From the NCBI GenBank assembly GCA_965113315.1, contig OZ220364.1: 64,000 nt of DNA. One strand, 5' to 3'. The notes under the pieces are model-generated. The model was given only the letters and a program-made list of their open reading frames with translations. It was not told the origin of the DNA and did no database searches. This document shows, piece by piece, positions 37,192-48,566 of the stretch (its first letter is position 1; each line of letters starts with the position of its first letter). A program made the position numbers and the translations under genes. The DNA is from Podarcis vaucheri (Eukaryota).

Positions 37192-37752
37192 CTAGTATTT
37201 GCACTTCATGCGTGATTCCATAGACATCTATCAGTGCCCAGAGAGGCCCGGAGACTTTGACGCCACAGTGAAACAGAATTGGCTCTTCGTCATTAACGCT
37301 ATAGAAAACTCTCCCATGGCGGTCGACCCAGAACGCCAAGACGTTGTCTCTTAGTGCAAACCTCTCTGGCAGGGCTTTGGCCCAGAAGCCTGGCCGTGTC
37401 ACCAGGTCTGGGCAGGCGTATTTTGGGATGTCGTCTGCGCTCATCTGCGATGGATCGTGAGTGGTGAAGCCAAAGCGCAGGGCCCCGCTCCACCCATGGT
37501 GCACGGACACCAGCTTGAGACGCACTTTCTCGTAGAGGTGGATGGGCCGGTTGGTGAAAGTGACGCCGTTGCAGAAACTGTTCCTCCGAGTGGCTTTGCG
37601 GGAATGGGCATCCAGGCGTATGTTTTTTCCTTTGGCCTGGAAATGGAATCGCGGAGGTTCAGTAATGGTGAGGACAGACCGCCTCTCATGGCTACTGTTA
37701 GGCAGTGTGTAATAAGGCCTGTGGGATACAGAGCGAGCCTGTTGACTGGTGT
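37192..37752 (-). CDS. NEURL1B: NEURL1B coding exon 2 (NHR1 domain)
   Basis: ctgcag acceptor, gtaggt donor. 561 nt, phase 1-1. DTSQQAR...PRFHFQAKGKNIRLDAHSRKATRRNSFCNGVTFTNRP...GWSGALRFGFT...IPKYACPDLVTRPGFWAKALPE...LWALIDVYGITHEVQIL. The canonical exon 1 (MGN...) was not found, so intron 1 is inferred to exceed 26 kb. Confidence 0.97.
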
Positions 37753-38237
37753 CTGCAGATAATAATAAAAGGGAAAAAAAACAGGAAGAAGAGGCATTGT
37801 TAGGAATTTGCTAATTTAGGTTGCAATGCTAAGAAAACTGCTTCCCCCACCCCCCAACCCCAGCTACTGATATGTGCAGATTCTAGGCTAGATTTTAACA
37901 GACTAATCAGATACAAACACACTCCTTATTTGGACAAAGTTCCTCTGCTCCCTGTTCTTGTAATCCTAGTAAGAATGACATTTTTCCAGTGGAGAAAAAT
38001 TCTGTCTCTCAGCCAGTGTTCAGCTAGAACCAGTTTTTAAATGAATACATTGCTAAACACAACTGACACCTCAACAGAAACGCAAACAAAAAAAACCTTA
38101 GCACACTAGGCTGAGGTGGGGAGATCCAAACTGCAGTAGTCACACTGCTACTATTTGGGGCCAAAAGAGGAACTGACTAGACAATCTCATTGCTGACATA
38201 AACAGATTTGCTCAACAACTGCTTCTACAATCTAAAA

Positions 38238-38470
38238 CTTTGGTAGGCAAACTAAGGCCCGGGAGCCAGAGCCGGCCCAATTGCCTTCTAAATCCAGCCC
38301 ATGGACGGTCTGGGAATCAGCCTGTTTTTACATGAGTAGAATGTGTCCTTTTATTTAAAATGCATCTCTGGGTTATTTGTGGGGCGTAGGAATTCATTCA
38401 TTATTATTTTTTTCAAAATATAGTCCGCCCCCCCCCCACAAGGTCTCCTGAAAAAGTTTGCTGACCCCTG
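38238..38470. mobile_element. Non-autonomous hAT/Charlie element (OC1-like)
   Basis: 8-bp TSD atctaaaa at 38230-38237 and 38471-38478. Right end aaaaagtttgctgacccctg, subterminal aaatatagtccg...cacaaggtct, damaged left TIR. Confidence 0.75.
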
Positions 38471-41400
38471 ATCTAAAACTTGGGGCAATTGTTAAGTAGG
38501 CATCCCAGAAGACAGAGAAAGCAGCCAGTCTGGAGCCCTGTACCCCAGGCAGCCTATGTGTGCTACGTGAGAGCAGAGAGGAAGACTGACATAAAGAGAA
38601 GCTGCCGATATGTGGTAATATTACTTGCTGCCACCCTTCTGCCTCTTCTTGGTCCCCAATACATGTCCTGTTGGAAGTGACTTGAAGCAACAGTGCCCTC
38701 TTCTACCTATGACCTCAGAGGCAGACAGGTAGATTGTATGTTTGGAACAATGATAGCATATCAACAAAAGGAGGTGGCAGATTTATCTTAGTGGCACTGA
38801 ACACCTCCAAGATGACCTGCCCATCATTTAAAAAGAGAAAGTGAGTCACCAAGTTAGTAACTAATCTGCAATCAACTGTTGGACCACCCAGGCAACCAAG
38901 CATTTAACCATCCCTAAAAGGCCCCTGGTTCTGAGCTCTAAGTGCTATCTTTGGCCTGCTTAGTATCCACAACATGCTTTGTAGCTCTTAAGAACTAGTT
39001 TTCAATTGTACGTTGCTTCAAATGTTAGCTGCTGATGGCTTAAATTCTGAAAATCCATTTGGGGTATCATAATTTATAGCCTTGTGTTTTAGCATAAACA
39101 GCATGCATTTTCCCTTATCCAATCTTTATATGTACACACTGAACTACAAGATAAAATAGGGCCATCAGAAACTCCCAAAGCTAACTGAAGCAGTCCTAGG
39201 GCGGAGGTGGGGGAAATTGGCTCCTAATGAAACTGTTTTTGTAAGTCTGTCCTATGACTTCCCCTTATGGCAGGAACAGTGTCATGGTAAATATTCAGTA
39301 ATCATTTCCCTTATTTTTAATGAACGACACACACACAAAATAGCTCAGTGAGACAAGATTAAAGCTTCCACCCTAATAAAACCCAAACACAAATGTCAAA
39401 ACAGTTTTATTGTAATTACAAGTAGCCACATGCTGAAATATTAACATAGCTGGAAAATAAAACTGCACAAAGGTCCTGCTTGGCACTTTATACTTGGGAG
39501 GAATAGGGATTTGTTTAAATATATTTTAAAATACCTTCACAGCAGGAGCTTCAATATTTTTGAATTGATATTGTGCAAGTGACAATTGTTTCAAATAATG
39601 GCAACACCTCTCCTTAAAAACAAACAACACATTCCTAACATTTGTGACTTACTTCTTTTACTTAACAGTAATTAAAATGCATACCAAAAAGTATTAGCTG
39701 ACCTCAGCAGCCACACACTAAACAGTCCAGAAGAACTCTACTTCAGAATTGATTCCTGTCGATTCTCTCCCATTATTTCCCTCCAGACAGGCTCTTTTGA
39801 TTATGTATAAAAGTGAATTCAGAAAAAGTCCAGTCAGGTGTTGCTCTCCTAAGCCACGTCCATACCATACATTTAAAGTGCTATGATACCGCTTTAAACA
39901 GTCATGGCTTCCTCCAAATAATCCTGGGAATTCACAGAGCTGCCATTTTCCAGAGTGGTTAAACAATCAATCCCTCTTCACATGAACTCTAGGAATTGTA
40001 GCTGTCGGGAAGAGGGGTCTCCTAACAAACTACAGCTCCCAGAATTCTTGGGAAGCCAAGGCTGTTTGAAGTGTATCATAGTGCTTTAAATGTGTGGTAT
40101 GAATGCAGCCTAATAGTTGCAGATTCTGAGAGCATTTCACAGGGTCTCTCCGTCTCTACAGACCTTTCTATGGAAGGAGCTCAAGAATGCAATCCAACCC
40201 ATTCCAGCCTGCAAACACTGTGTTTAGTGGTGTTTATGTACAAGTAAACATGCACAGGACAGGGCAGCAAGACAGGCATCCTGTCAGTTTTGGTGAGATT
40301 TTTTTTTTTTTTTACCTCCCCCTTAAGAAAAAAACAGACTGCCCTGCTTCCCTGCTTTTTATCTGCAGAAATCAGCAGATGGAGGTTTTTATGGTATGGA
40401 GCTAAGCATTCTCACCTCCCAATGTCTGCAGTACAAGCTTGCAAATGGTTTAGAAAACGTGCCAGTATAATAATAATGATAAAGGAACAAAGCTGGCAAC
40501 AATACCTCTTGAATGATATATTTAGCGGGCCAAATCCTTAGCAGCAGCAGTGCCTCTCAGGAGGTTATACAAGCCTGTTTGTAATGTAAACATCCTGCCA
40601 AAGGATGACAGATATGTTTTAAGAAAAATTTTCCAAAAGGAGAGAACCAAGATGACTAGCAAATCTAAATAAATAACTGGGAGGGAAGTACTTGCACTTC
40701 CCAAATGAACCACATGGGCCACAGACCACTCTCTGGTGCAAGAGATTCAGCTGGAAGAACTGAGAGACTAGCAACTTGCTGAAGGTGAAAATATAGTGTT
40801 TCTGGCCAGAGCGTCCTGGGAGCATCACTTCTGTTACAGTAACACCTAAGTACGTGGCAGCCATGAAGAGGTGGGAAACATAAGGCATTTCAGTAGTTAC
40901 ATGGAATAGCACATGCAAACAAGTTTATCTTTATATGAGAACTAGAAACAGAAACTGAACTCTTAAGGTATTTCTTTTCATTACACTTATCTTAAGAATG
41001 GAGAGATACGGAAAGAATGGAGAGGCACATAATAGCAGTACACATAATAAATAGCGAGTTATAGATAGGCCCAAAGGGGTAAACGTTCTCAGGCATTCAG
41101 GGCAGCGTTGTTTACACCAATAGCGGAAGCTTTATCGCCACCTTCAATAAGAGCACGATAAGGCCAGAGAACAGAATCAAAGACCGCCAGGCACAAATGC
41201 ATTAAGGCCTGTGATACATACACTTTTGTGATTAAGCGGCAAACTGCTCCCACTTATCACTATTGGCCTATACAATACACGGTACAACTTGCCTTGTGAA
41301 CGGGGGAACTCTCCATCTACTTAGTACAATAGCGCAGTTTCTGCACAATCTGATCTAGATATATTGGCACTGACTGCCAAGAAAACCACTCTTAGCATCT

Positions 41401-41991
41401 GCTTATTGAGTTTTTAAAGGGTGTCCCTTCCTCTAAAATAGTCATTGTTTCATTCTTCTTAGTTGACTAAGTATATAGATGGCAATGGCCACAGTCAGAC
41501 CATAACTCAACTGCCTTGTCCAGGAATGGCTGCCATAAGGAGTGGTGGAGAGAGGAATATTTCAATAAATACAGCAAGCCCACAACGTATGTGCATTTAA
41601 CTTTTGCACATTCAGCTTTATGTGCTGGCAAAATAAATAAATAAAAATTAAAAGGGTGGAGAAAGGGTGTGAAGTTCTGGGGGGAATGACTTTGACAATC
41701 CCACTTACCCCTGAGCTCAATAGATTTTGACTATGCGTAATTTGGCTTTAGGCACAATTTCCCTGCATAAGCTGCCTGCTTACTGTACATCCTGTTGTAC
41801 AGCAACAAACTGTTTCACTATCTTCAAACACATTCTTCAGCACACCTTCACATAGTTTATGATCTTAAGGTATAAAAAGTGTGTGTGTGTACATATACAC
41901 ACACACACATATACACAGGCATCTAAATTTTGTATAATCCCTATCCCATTCCTTGAATGTACAAGCAGAGAAGAATATCAAGCCAAGAAAT

Positions 41992-42038
<47 letters not shown>
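41992..42038. repeat. (AGAT)n microsatellite
   Basis: About 11-12 perfect units. Confidence 0.98.
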
Positions 42039-42048
42039 GAATTTTATT

Positions 42049-42113
42049 ATAGAATCATAGAGTTGGAAGAGACCACAAGGGCCATCGAGTTCAACCCCCT
42101 GCCAAGCAGGAAA
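42049..42113 (-). mobile_element. Severely 5'-truncated young CR1 LINE 3' end
   Basis: One mismatch to 12395-12465 over the shared length. Confidence 0.85.
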
Positions 42114-45100
42114 TTATGCATTGGATAAATCCAGAGAATTTTAAGAGTTCGATGAGTAATTTCAAAAGATGGAAAAGCAGTTGTATAGCCAAAATGCTAC
42201 CATCATTCCAAGCTGATGAACAGGAAGTTTAGGCCAGGGGTTATTTAAAAAGCAAAACAAACAGGAAAGCATGTTGCGATTATACAATAGGGAATTATCC
42301 TGAAGGAAATGAATGGGTCATGTTATCCTTTAGTAGAACGGACACCTGTCAGTTACCCTTTTAAAACATACAGCACTTTTTCTTTATTGGGATTGGGACA
42401 ATGAAAGAGCACTGTAAATATAGTTGCCCCATAGCAAGCATCATTTTTGACAAGATATTTTGCTAGCGTAACACCAGCATCTTCCACAAGAGATGCAGAG
42501 GAAAGAGTGGCAAAAAGCATTTTCCATGCACCAGACATCAACCTAGTCTGACAACACATTCTCATTCCAGTGGGTGCCTCATCCTCTACCATTCTGAAGT
42601 CCACAGCAAAGGATAGCTTCAATTGGTACGTAAGTAATCATAACCTATTTCCAGATACTTCTGATCATGAAAGTGTTTTGGCCAGTGTATGGGGAAACAT
42701 CTATAGCAATAACCAGCCTTGTCAATCTGTGAATGGTGGACCAATGGCGTACATGTACACCCCAAAATGACAGTGGTAAAATATTGTCATAAATTGCCAT
42801 ATGATAAGTGAGCATGTTATTGGCTGTAACTACCTCAACTATTTTACGTTGATTGGTCAATCTGTGGTGCGGCTGATAGAAATAGAGAATGTGAGATTGA
42901 AGAAGCAGCTCATAGGAAATGAAAGGAGAATATGGACTATTCAAAATGGAATATGAGATGTCTCAGCTAACATAATCTCACCATCCTGAGGTTGGAGAAA
43001 CTGGTGGCAGTGGTAGCTGTATTGGTAACCAGCAACACATCTGTTGCAGTGATTATATTTTTAGCTTTTTTCAGAAGACTAGTTTGCAAACAATCCAAAT
43101 CATTCCCCACTCATACTTCAGCCCCTCACACAGTTTAAATCACACTTATTTATATATCTTTTAATTTAATTTAGTGATTTAATCCAGACACATGAGGATT
43201 TGGAGAAACCTGACCGGAATGGAATTGGGGCCCACAGTGTATCCCTCACTGCTAGTTTCAGAAAATCTCTTAGCTGTCAATCTCATGGGGATTTCAGTTG
43301 ATTTTTTTTAAAAAAAAAACTATAATACATCCTTATATCATGGGTTTGGTATTCTTTTCAACATGCTTTTTTAAAAAACAAAAAAAACCCAAACCAGTTA
43401 TTTCCGGTATTGTTTGGCTTTGTAAATGGAAGGACACACAAACCCTTTTCTTTAATGTACATTGTACTAACCTCGCTGAAGCCTTTAAAATTCCATTTTA
43501 GAACAAAACTCTTACTGTGAACAATACTTAAACCAATAAAGATTCTCCAAGACACACACAAACACACTACAGTTTGCATCATCTTGTACAAAGCATTACA
43601 TATTCTGTGTCTTTCTTCTCAGCCAGACATATCAGCATTGCAACCACACAATGTTCATGTCTTGAACACTCCGGCGGCTTATTTGGTGTCTCTGGAGGGT
43701 AATGGCAATGATCCAAACTGGAGGAAATGCTGAAATTAAAAGACATGTTTATACAGGACACACTTCTCCTAAAACGTGCACTGGAAGAACGAAAGACTAT
43801 TTGGCTTCAATGACTCATATGGCTGAAAAGGCCAGAAGATAACCTAGCCCAGTGACTTACATCAAGGCAGTACCGCTACCTAATAACTCATCTTGAACTG
43901 ACCTACATAATGCAGACTATAACATCTCACAAGTAGAAGCCAGCAGAGAGGAGAACCGCTCAAAATGCCCACAGAACAGATAGTACCGGACAATAAAAGA
44001 ACCACACACTACAGGAAAATGTGGTGGTTGTGGTTTTCAGTACCACTATCTGAGACAAAGAGACTTTTAATCTAGGAGAAAACTTCCCAAATTCAAATAT
44101 GACATTATGTGAGGCCTAAGCCAAGAAGAAAACCATCCACAGACTCTCCCCAAAAGTCATTTTAAACAGGGACACTACATCCAGCCTCTTTCAAGATGTA
44201 GGAGGACTTGGTACCTCCAAAGAAATGGGGGTGGGGGAGAACCCAACTATATTGAATGTAGAAAATATTTTTTCTCTCACCACAATGAGTCCACAAGAAT
44301 AGAGGCACCAGATTAAACAATCTTAAAACACAATTAAAAATCAAACCATGTTTTTATTAAGTTATAGCCACAGTAATACTTTCCCTAAGCTAATAGAGCC
44401 ATAACCTAAATCCTAATCAGCTAATGGCCACTTAAAGCCCTGAGGCAGGCCACCTGGTTTCATTTGCACAGATGGAAAGCAGGAGCAATTGTACTAAAAT
44501 CTCTAAAGGACATGAGACAAGTATGCCAGAGAGCCATAGCAACAAGTCTCAGAGCTTGCTCTCACAAATCAATTATTGCTGAATGCTTTTTCATTCAACT
44601 TTGTCCTCTCCTGGGCATTTAAAAATTGTGTTTCAAAAGGAAACCCATAGTCCCTTTGTGAATATGCTGTGAAGGTTTTAATAAAGTCAGAATATATGAG
44701 AGTGAGAAGTTTTAATGAGTAAGGTTATCATTACAGAGCCATTCTGAAAAACAGTGTTGTCAACAGTATCTCCTGCAATGGTCCCCTCTTCCCTGTGACA
44801 CAAACACCACCACATTAGTATTTTGTCCCATGCACAATGCACCTGCATGAACCTTTGAAGTGCAGGTGAGAGTTTTTGGCCAATCTAAACAAGAAGAATT
44901 GAGAACTGAAGGCTCCCACTTTGGTAGCAAGCAACTGCTCTAGTTTAAACTCAGAAATGCAAACCTGTGAAGATAAGCCCTTAATGATACAGTATCAGAA
45001 ACACAGAAAGGTAAAGCAAAAACAAACAAAAAACCTCTTAACATTGGAGACAGTGTTAGGGCAAACAGTATATGTGTAGATAAGCACTACTTAAAATGTG

Positions 45101-45909
45101 TTACAAAGCTGCTCCTAATTGTTCATTCTTGTCCCACAACAAAGATGCAACTGTGGAAAAAGGCAATGTAGCAGAATTCCAGACACAGGAAATGCTATGC
45201 TATGATTATTCAGAGCAAAATAAGTTAGTAGCTCACAGCTTGGAGCAGCACATCCCTTGCCTCTGAAAGCACAGCCCTTTTATAGGATGAAACCCAAGAT
45301 ACCTGATGACGAATCAGAATTTGTCCCAACTCTGGGTTACTGGAATCTAGCAGGCATCAAAACAATGGAGGACTAAAGATAAAGGGGAACGAATTGGGTT
45401 GTTGAAAAGATGGTGTTCAAGGCATTTAAGATGGGCCTAAAGGGAATGATAGATTATTGCAAGAAAAATGTTTATTCCTTCTCCTATTGTGTTCAGGGAG
45501 ATGTTTTAGATGCTGCACTTCAGCCCTGTCTAGTCACAATACATCAGTAGGTGTACATGTCCCAGTTGCGAAGACGCAAAGAAAAGGAAGAGATCTTGAT
45601 ATTGGATGTATTACAAAAGCTTCAGCTTTCGCACTTTTAAAAGGCCAGTTTTTAGCCCATAGCTATGAAGACAGACTTCCAAGTGTGGAGCTTGTATGCT
45701 CTAAATATTCAGAGAGAATGAACACACAAACGTAGCTGAAACTTTTTCTAAGGTGGAATAATAGTTCCTTAAATCATCCAAATTTAAAAATGTCATTAAA
45801 AATGCAGAACAACAAATATGTTTTACTTACTTAATTCTTATCTGGGAAACAAGGGATAGAACCTGTCATTATTTTATGTACACTCAACTGTATGGATGTT
45901 ACTGAAACC

Positions 45910-45919
45910 GGGGGGGGGG

Positions 45920-45962
<43 letters not shown>
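45910..45962. repeat. G11 run plus (GA)n microsatellite
   Basis: Polypurine tract directly visible in the sequence. Confidence 0.95.
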
Positions 45963-45965
<3 letters not shown>

Positions 45966-48170
45966 TCAATGAATGCATCCTATAAGTAACCATTTTATTT
46001 TGAGATCCTATTGTTCAAATGATGTGAATCCATTGTGAGAGCTGGGTGGTGGCTGAATTTTTGACCGACCTCCTCCCTATCCAGAAAGCTCTAAAACACT
46101 TCAAAAGGACTTCTGAATAGGAAATAGACTAGGCAGTGTTAGAACAGCCACAGATTCAAATGCAAGCATTTCCTCTGTGTGTGCTGCTGCTGCTGCTGCT
46201 TCTAAAAGAGAGAGACTTCAACTGTCCAATATAGCAAGCAGGGAACAGTTTTGTTTTTGCATTTTGAACCCTGATCTATACAGTACTGCAATATGTGAAA
46301 TGTATGGTTTAGTTGTTTTGAGGGGGCAAATCAGACAAGCCACTGTATTTTTCTCATAGCCAGCTGTCTGGAAGGAACCCTAGAAGAAAAAGCAGAGTTT
46401 CATTACCAAATGGGTATGAGCTACATTCCCAGAGAAAGTGAATTCCATAGAATCTAGGCCAAGGAATGAAGTGGGGGGCGGGGGTAGGAAATGAAACTTT
46501 ACAAACAGCATAAAGTTCACAGAAACTGCACCAAAATTCCTATTACACACAATCTTTCTGCTATTCCCATCCTACAACAACTTGTTATTGTCACTTGAAA
46601 AACTTGTAATTAGGACTAATATTGTTACGAAATCATCATCAATCTGGCTTGGAAAGACAAAGGAGCCCATTTCCTTCTTGTAGATTCATCTCGCAGCTAC
46701 TTTAGAATAGCTGAAACAGTAAACTGTTGTTTCCAGAGAAAATTTCATGACTTTAGCTTGTGACTTGATCCCCACCCCGAAAAGCAACTTAATCATCTAT
46801 CCCATGACATATCCTTAGTGCAATGGATCTTTGAGCAGGGCAGTTTCTCTAAAAATAAAATGACTACATTCTCTGAAATGCGAGCGCTTCTACAAAGCCA
46901 GAGTTCAGCCACATCATTAAAAAGCTGCACACAATAGAACTGTTACCTTGAAAGGGAAAATAACCGCAAGGCCATGTCATCCTGGTTAACTGAGCATCCT
47001 TTAGCCATGATAGTGTCACAAGACAAACCACAAAAAAGAATGAAAAGCCGATTCGTTGAGCTAGTCTCAAAGGCCACTCATGTTTGCTAACAAAAATTCA
47101 TAATGAGGCAAACTTTCTTTCAACAATGAGTGATAAAAATCCTCACTAAATTAGAGGCAATGGCAGAGATAAAATATTCCATGATAATCATTTCTGCTCC
47201 CCACCCACCTCGAGTAATGCCGATTATTTATAATAAAATGAGTATTTTCAGATGTCTAAGATACAGTCTTGGCAGTGTCTATTCTCAAGGGCTTACATAG
47301 GGCTGTTTCAGGCATAATGCTATACCACAGTTTACTGCTACATGAAAAAACAAAAGCAAGACTTAACCTTGTATATTTCTCCTTTCCTTCTGCTCCTCTG
47401 GTGCAGCTGCAATGAGATTTCATAATTTCTGTTTTAAATTTAAATAGAATAATTTCTGTTTTTAACCATGAATTACAATTAATTTAAACCTTAAACCAGC
47501 CTCTCCCAACCTGGGGCCCTCTAGATGTTTTAGACTACAAGTTCCATCAGTCTGTGACATAATTCTTGATAAGGGACGGTAACAATTCCTCCCCGCCCAT
47601 TGCCCATATCAGAGAAAAAGAATGTGGGGGTGAGATGCAGCTCTAAGACATGGGTCACCAACACAGCGTTCGTGAGCACCAGGGGGTTCCTTTCTGCACC
47701 AGACTTATCAAAATAATGAATTCAGGGGCTCGGTCACCAGCTCTGCCTTGTACTCTGTTACCTGGGCAAGTTACTTGTCCTTCATTATTAACCATGATCC
47801 CACAGCAGCCATTTTGTGGTGGTGCCTACAAGAGGTTTTCTGCTGCTTTCCCCCACAAATTATCAGATGTGTGCACGAATTCAAAAAAGTTGTCACCCCC
47901 TGCTCTACAAAGCTTTTGGAGTCTATCAAACAAAATTGATACTGCAGTAGAGAATAGCTCTAACTTCTGATGAACAGAATACTAGAAACACAAAGCACAG
48001 AGGCTGGTCCATCTGCCACTCACTTAAGCAAGTAATACTTTTCTATAAATAATTTGAATAAAAAACTGCTTGTCCTTCAGCATTTGTTGGTTCCTATTGT
48101 TTCCCCACTTCTCTTCCCAGCTCTCTCACTTCCACCTCACAAGCTACCCCAAACTAACAAGTAAAGTGTA

Positions 48171-48414
48171 AATTAAAAAATTCCTTCCAGTAGCACCTTA
48201 AAGACCAACTAAGTTAGTTCTTGGTATGAGCTTTCGTGTGCATGCACACTTCTTCAGATACCTGAAGAAGTCTTCTTCAGCATTTGAAGAAGTGTGCATG
48301 CACACAAAAGCTCATACCAAGAACTAACTTAGTTGGTCTTTAAGGTGCTACTGGAAGGAATTTTTTTATTTTGACTATGGCAGACCAACACGGCAACCTA
48401 TCTGTAACTGGAAC
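48171..48414. mobile_element. Penelope-like retroelement remnant: inverted pseudo-LTR fold-back
   Basis: 82-bp inverted arms (48175-48256 and 48285-48366, 1 mismatch), a unique 3' extension, and a perfect 13-bp TSD caagtaaagtgta at 48158-48170 and 48415-48427. Confidence 0.85.
48223..48262 (-). ncRNA. Minimal type I hammerhead ribozyme motif (Penelope-associated)
   Basis: Minus strand GGUAU-CUGAAGA-A-GUGUG-CAUG-CACAC-GAAA-GC-UC^AUACC: 5-bp stem I, CUGANGA and GAAA core, 5-bp stem II, palindromic AGCU stem III. Activity is not demonstrated. Confidence 0.75.
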
Positions 48415-48486
48415 CAAGTAAAGTGTAGCTAGCAATAGTGATTATGACATTCCACTTTTATGCGACTATCGGCTGATGTTTGGCCG

Positions 48487-48566
48487 TCAAAGCTAGTCAG
48501 TCACAAAATAATATTGTAACAGTACATCAAAGCTAGTCAGTCACAAAATAATATTGTAACAGTACA
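48487..48566. repeat. Perfect 40-bp tandem duplication
   Basis: tcaaagctagtcagtcacaaaataatattgtaacagtaca twice. Confidence 0.97.

Noticed and set aside
41364-41380. TTGGC...GCCAA palindrome resembling an NFI site
   Set aside because: The spacer is 7 bp rather than the 5 bp NFI dimers require.
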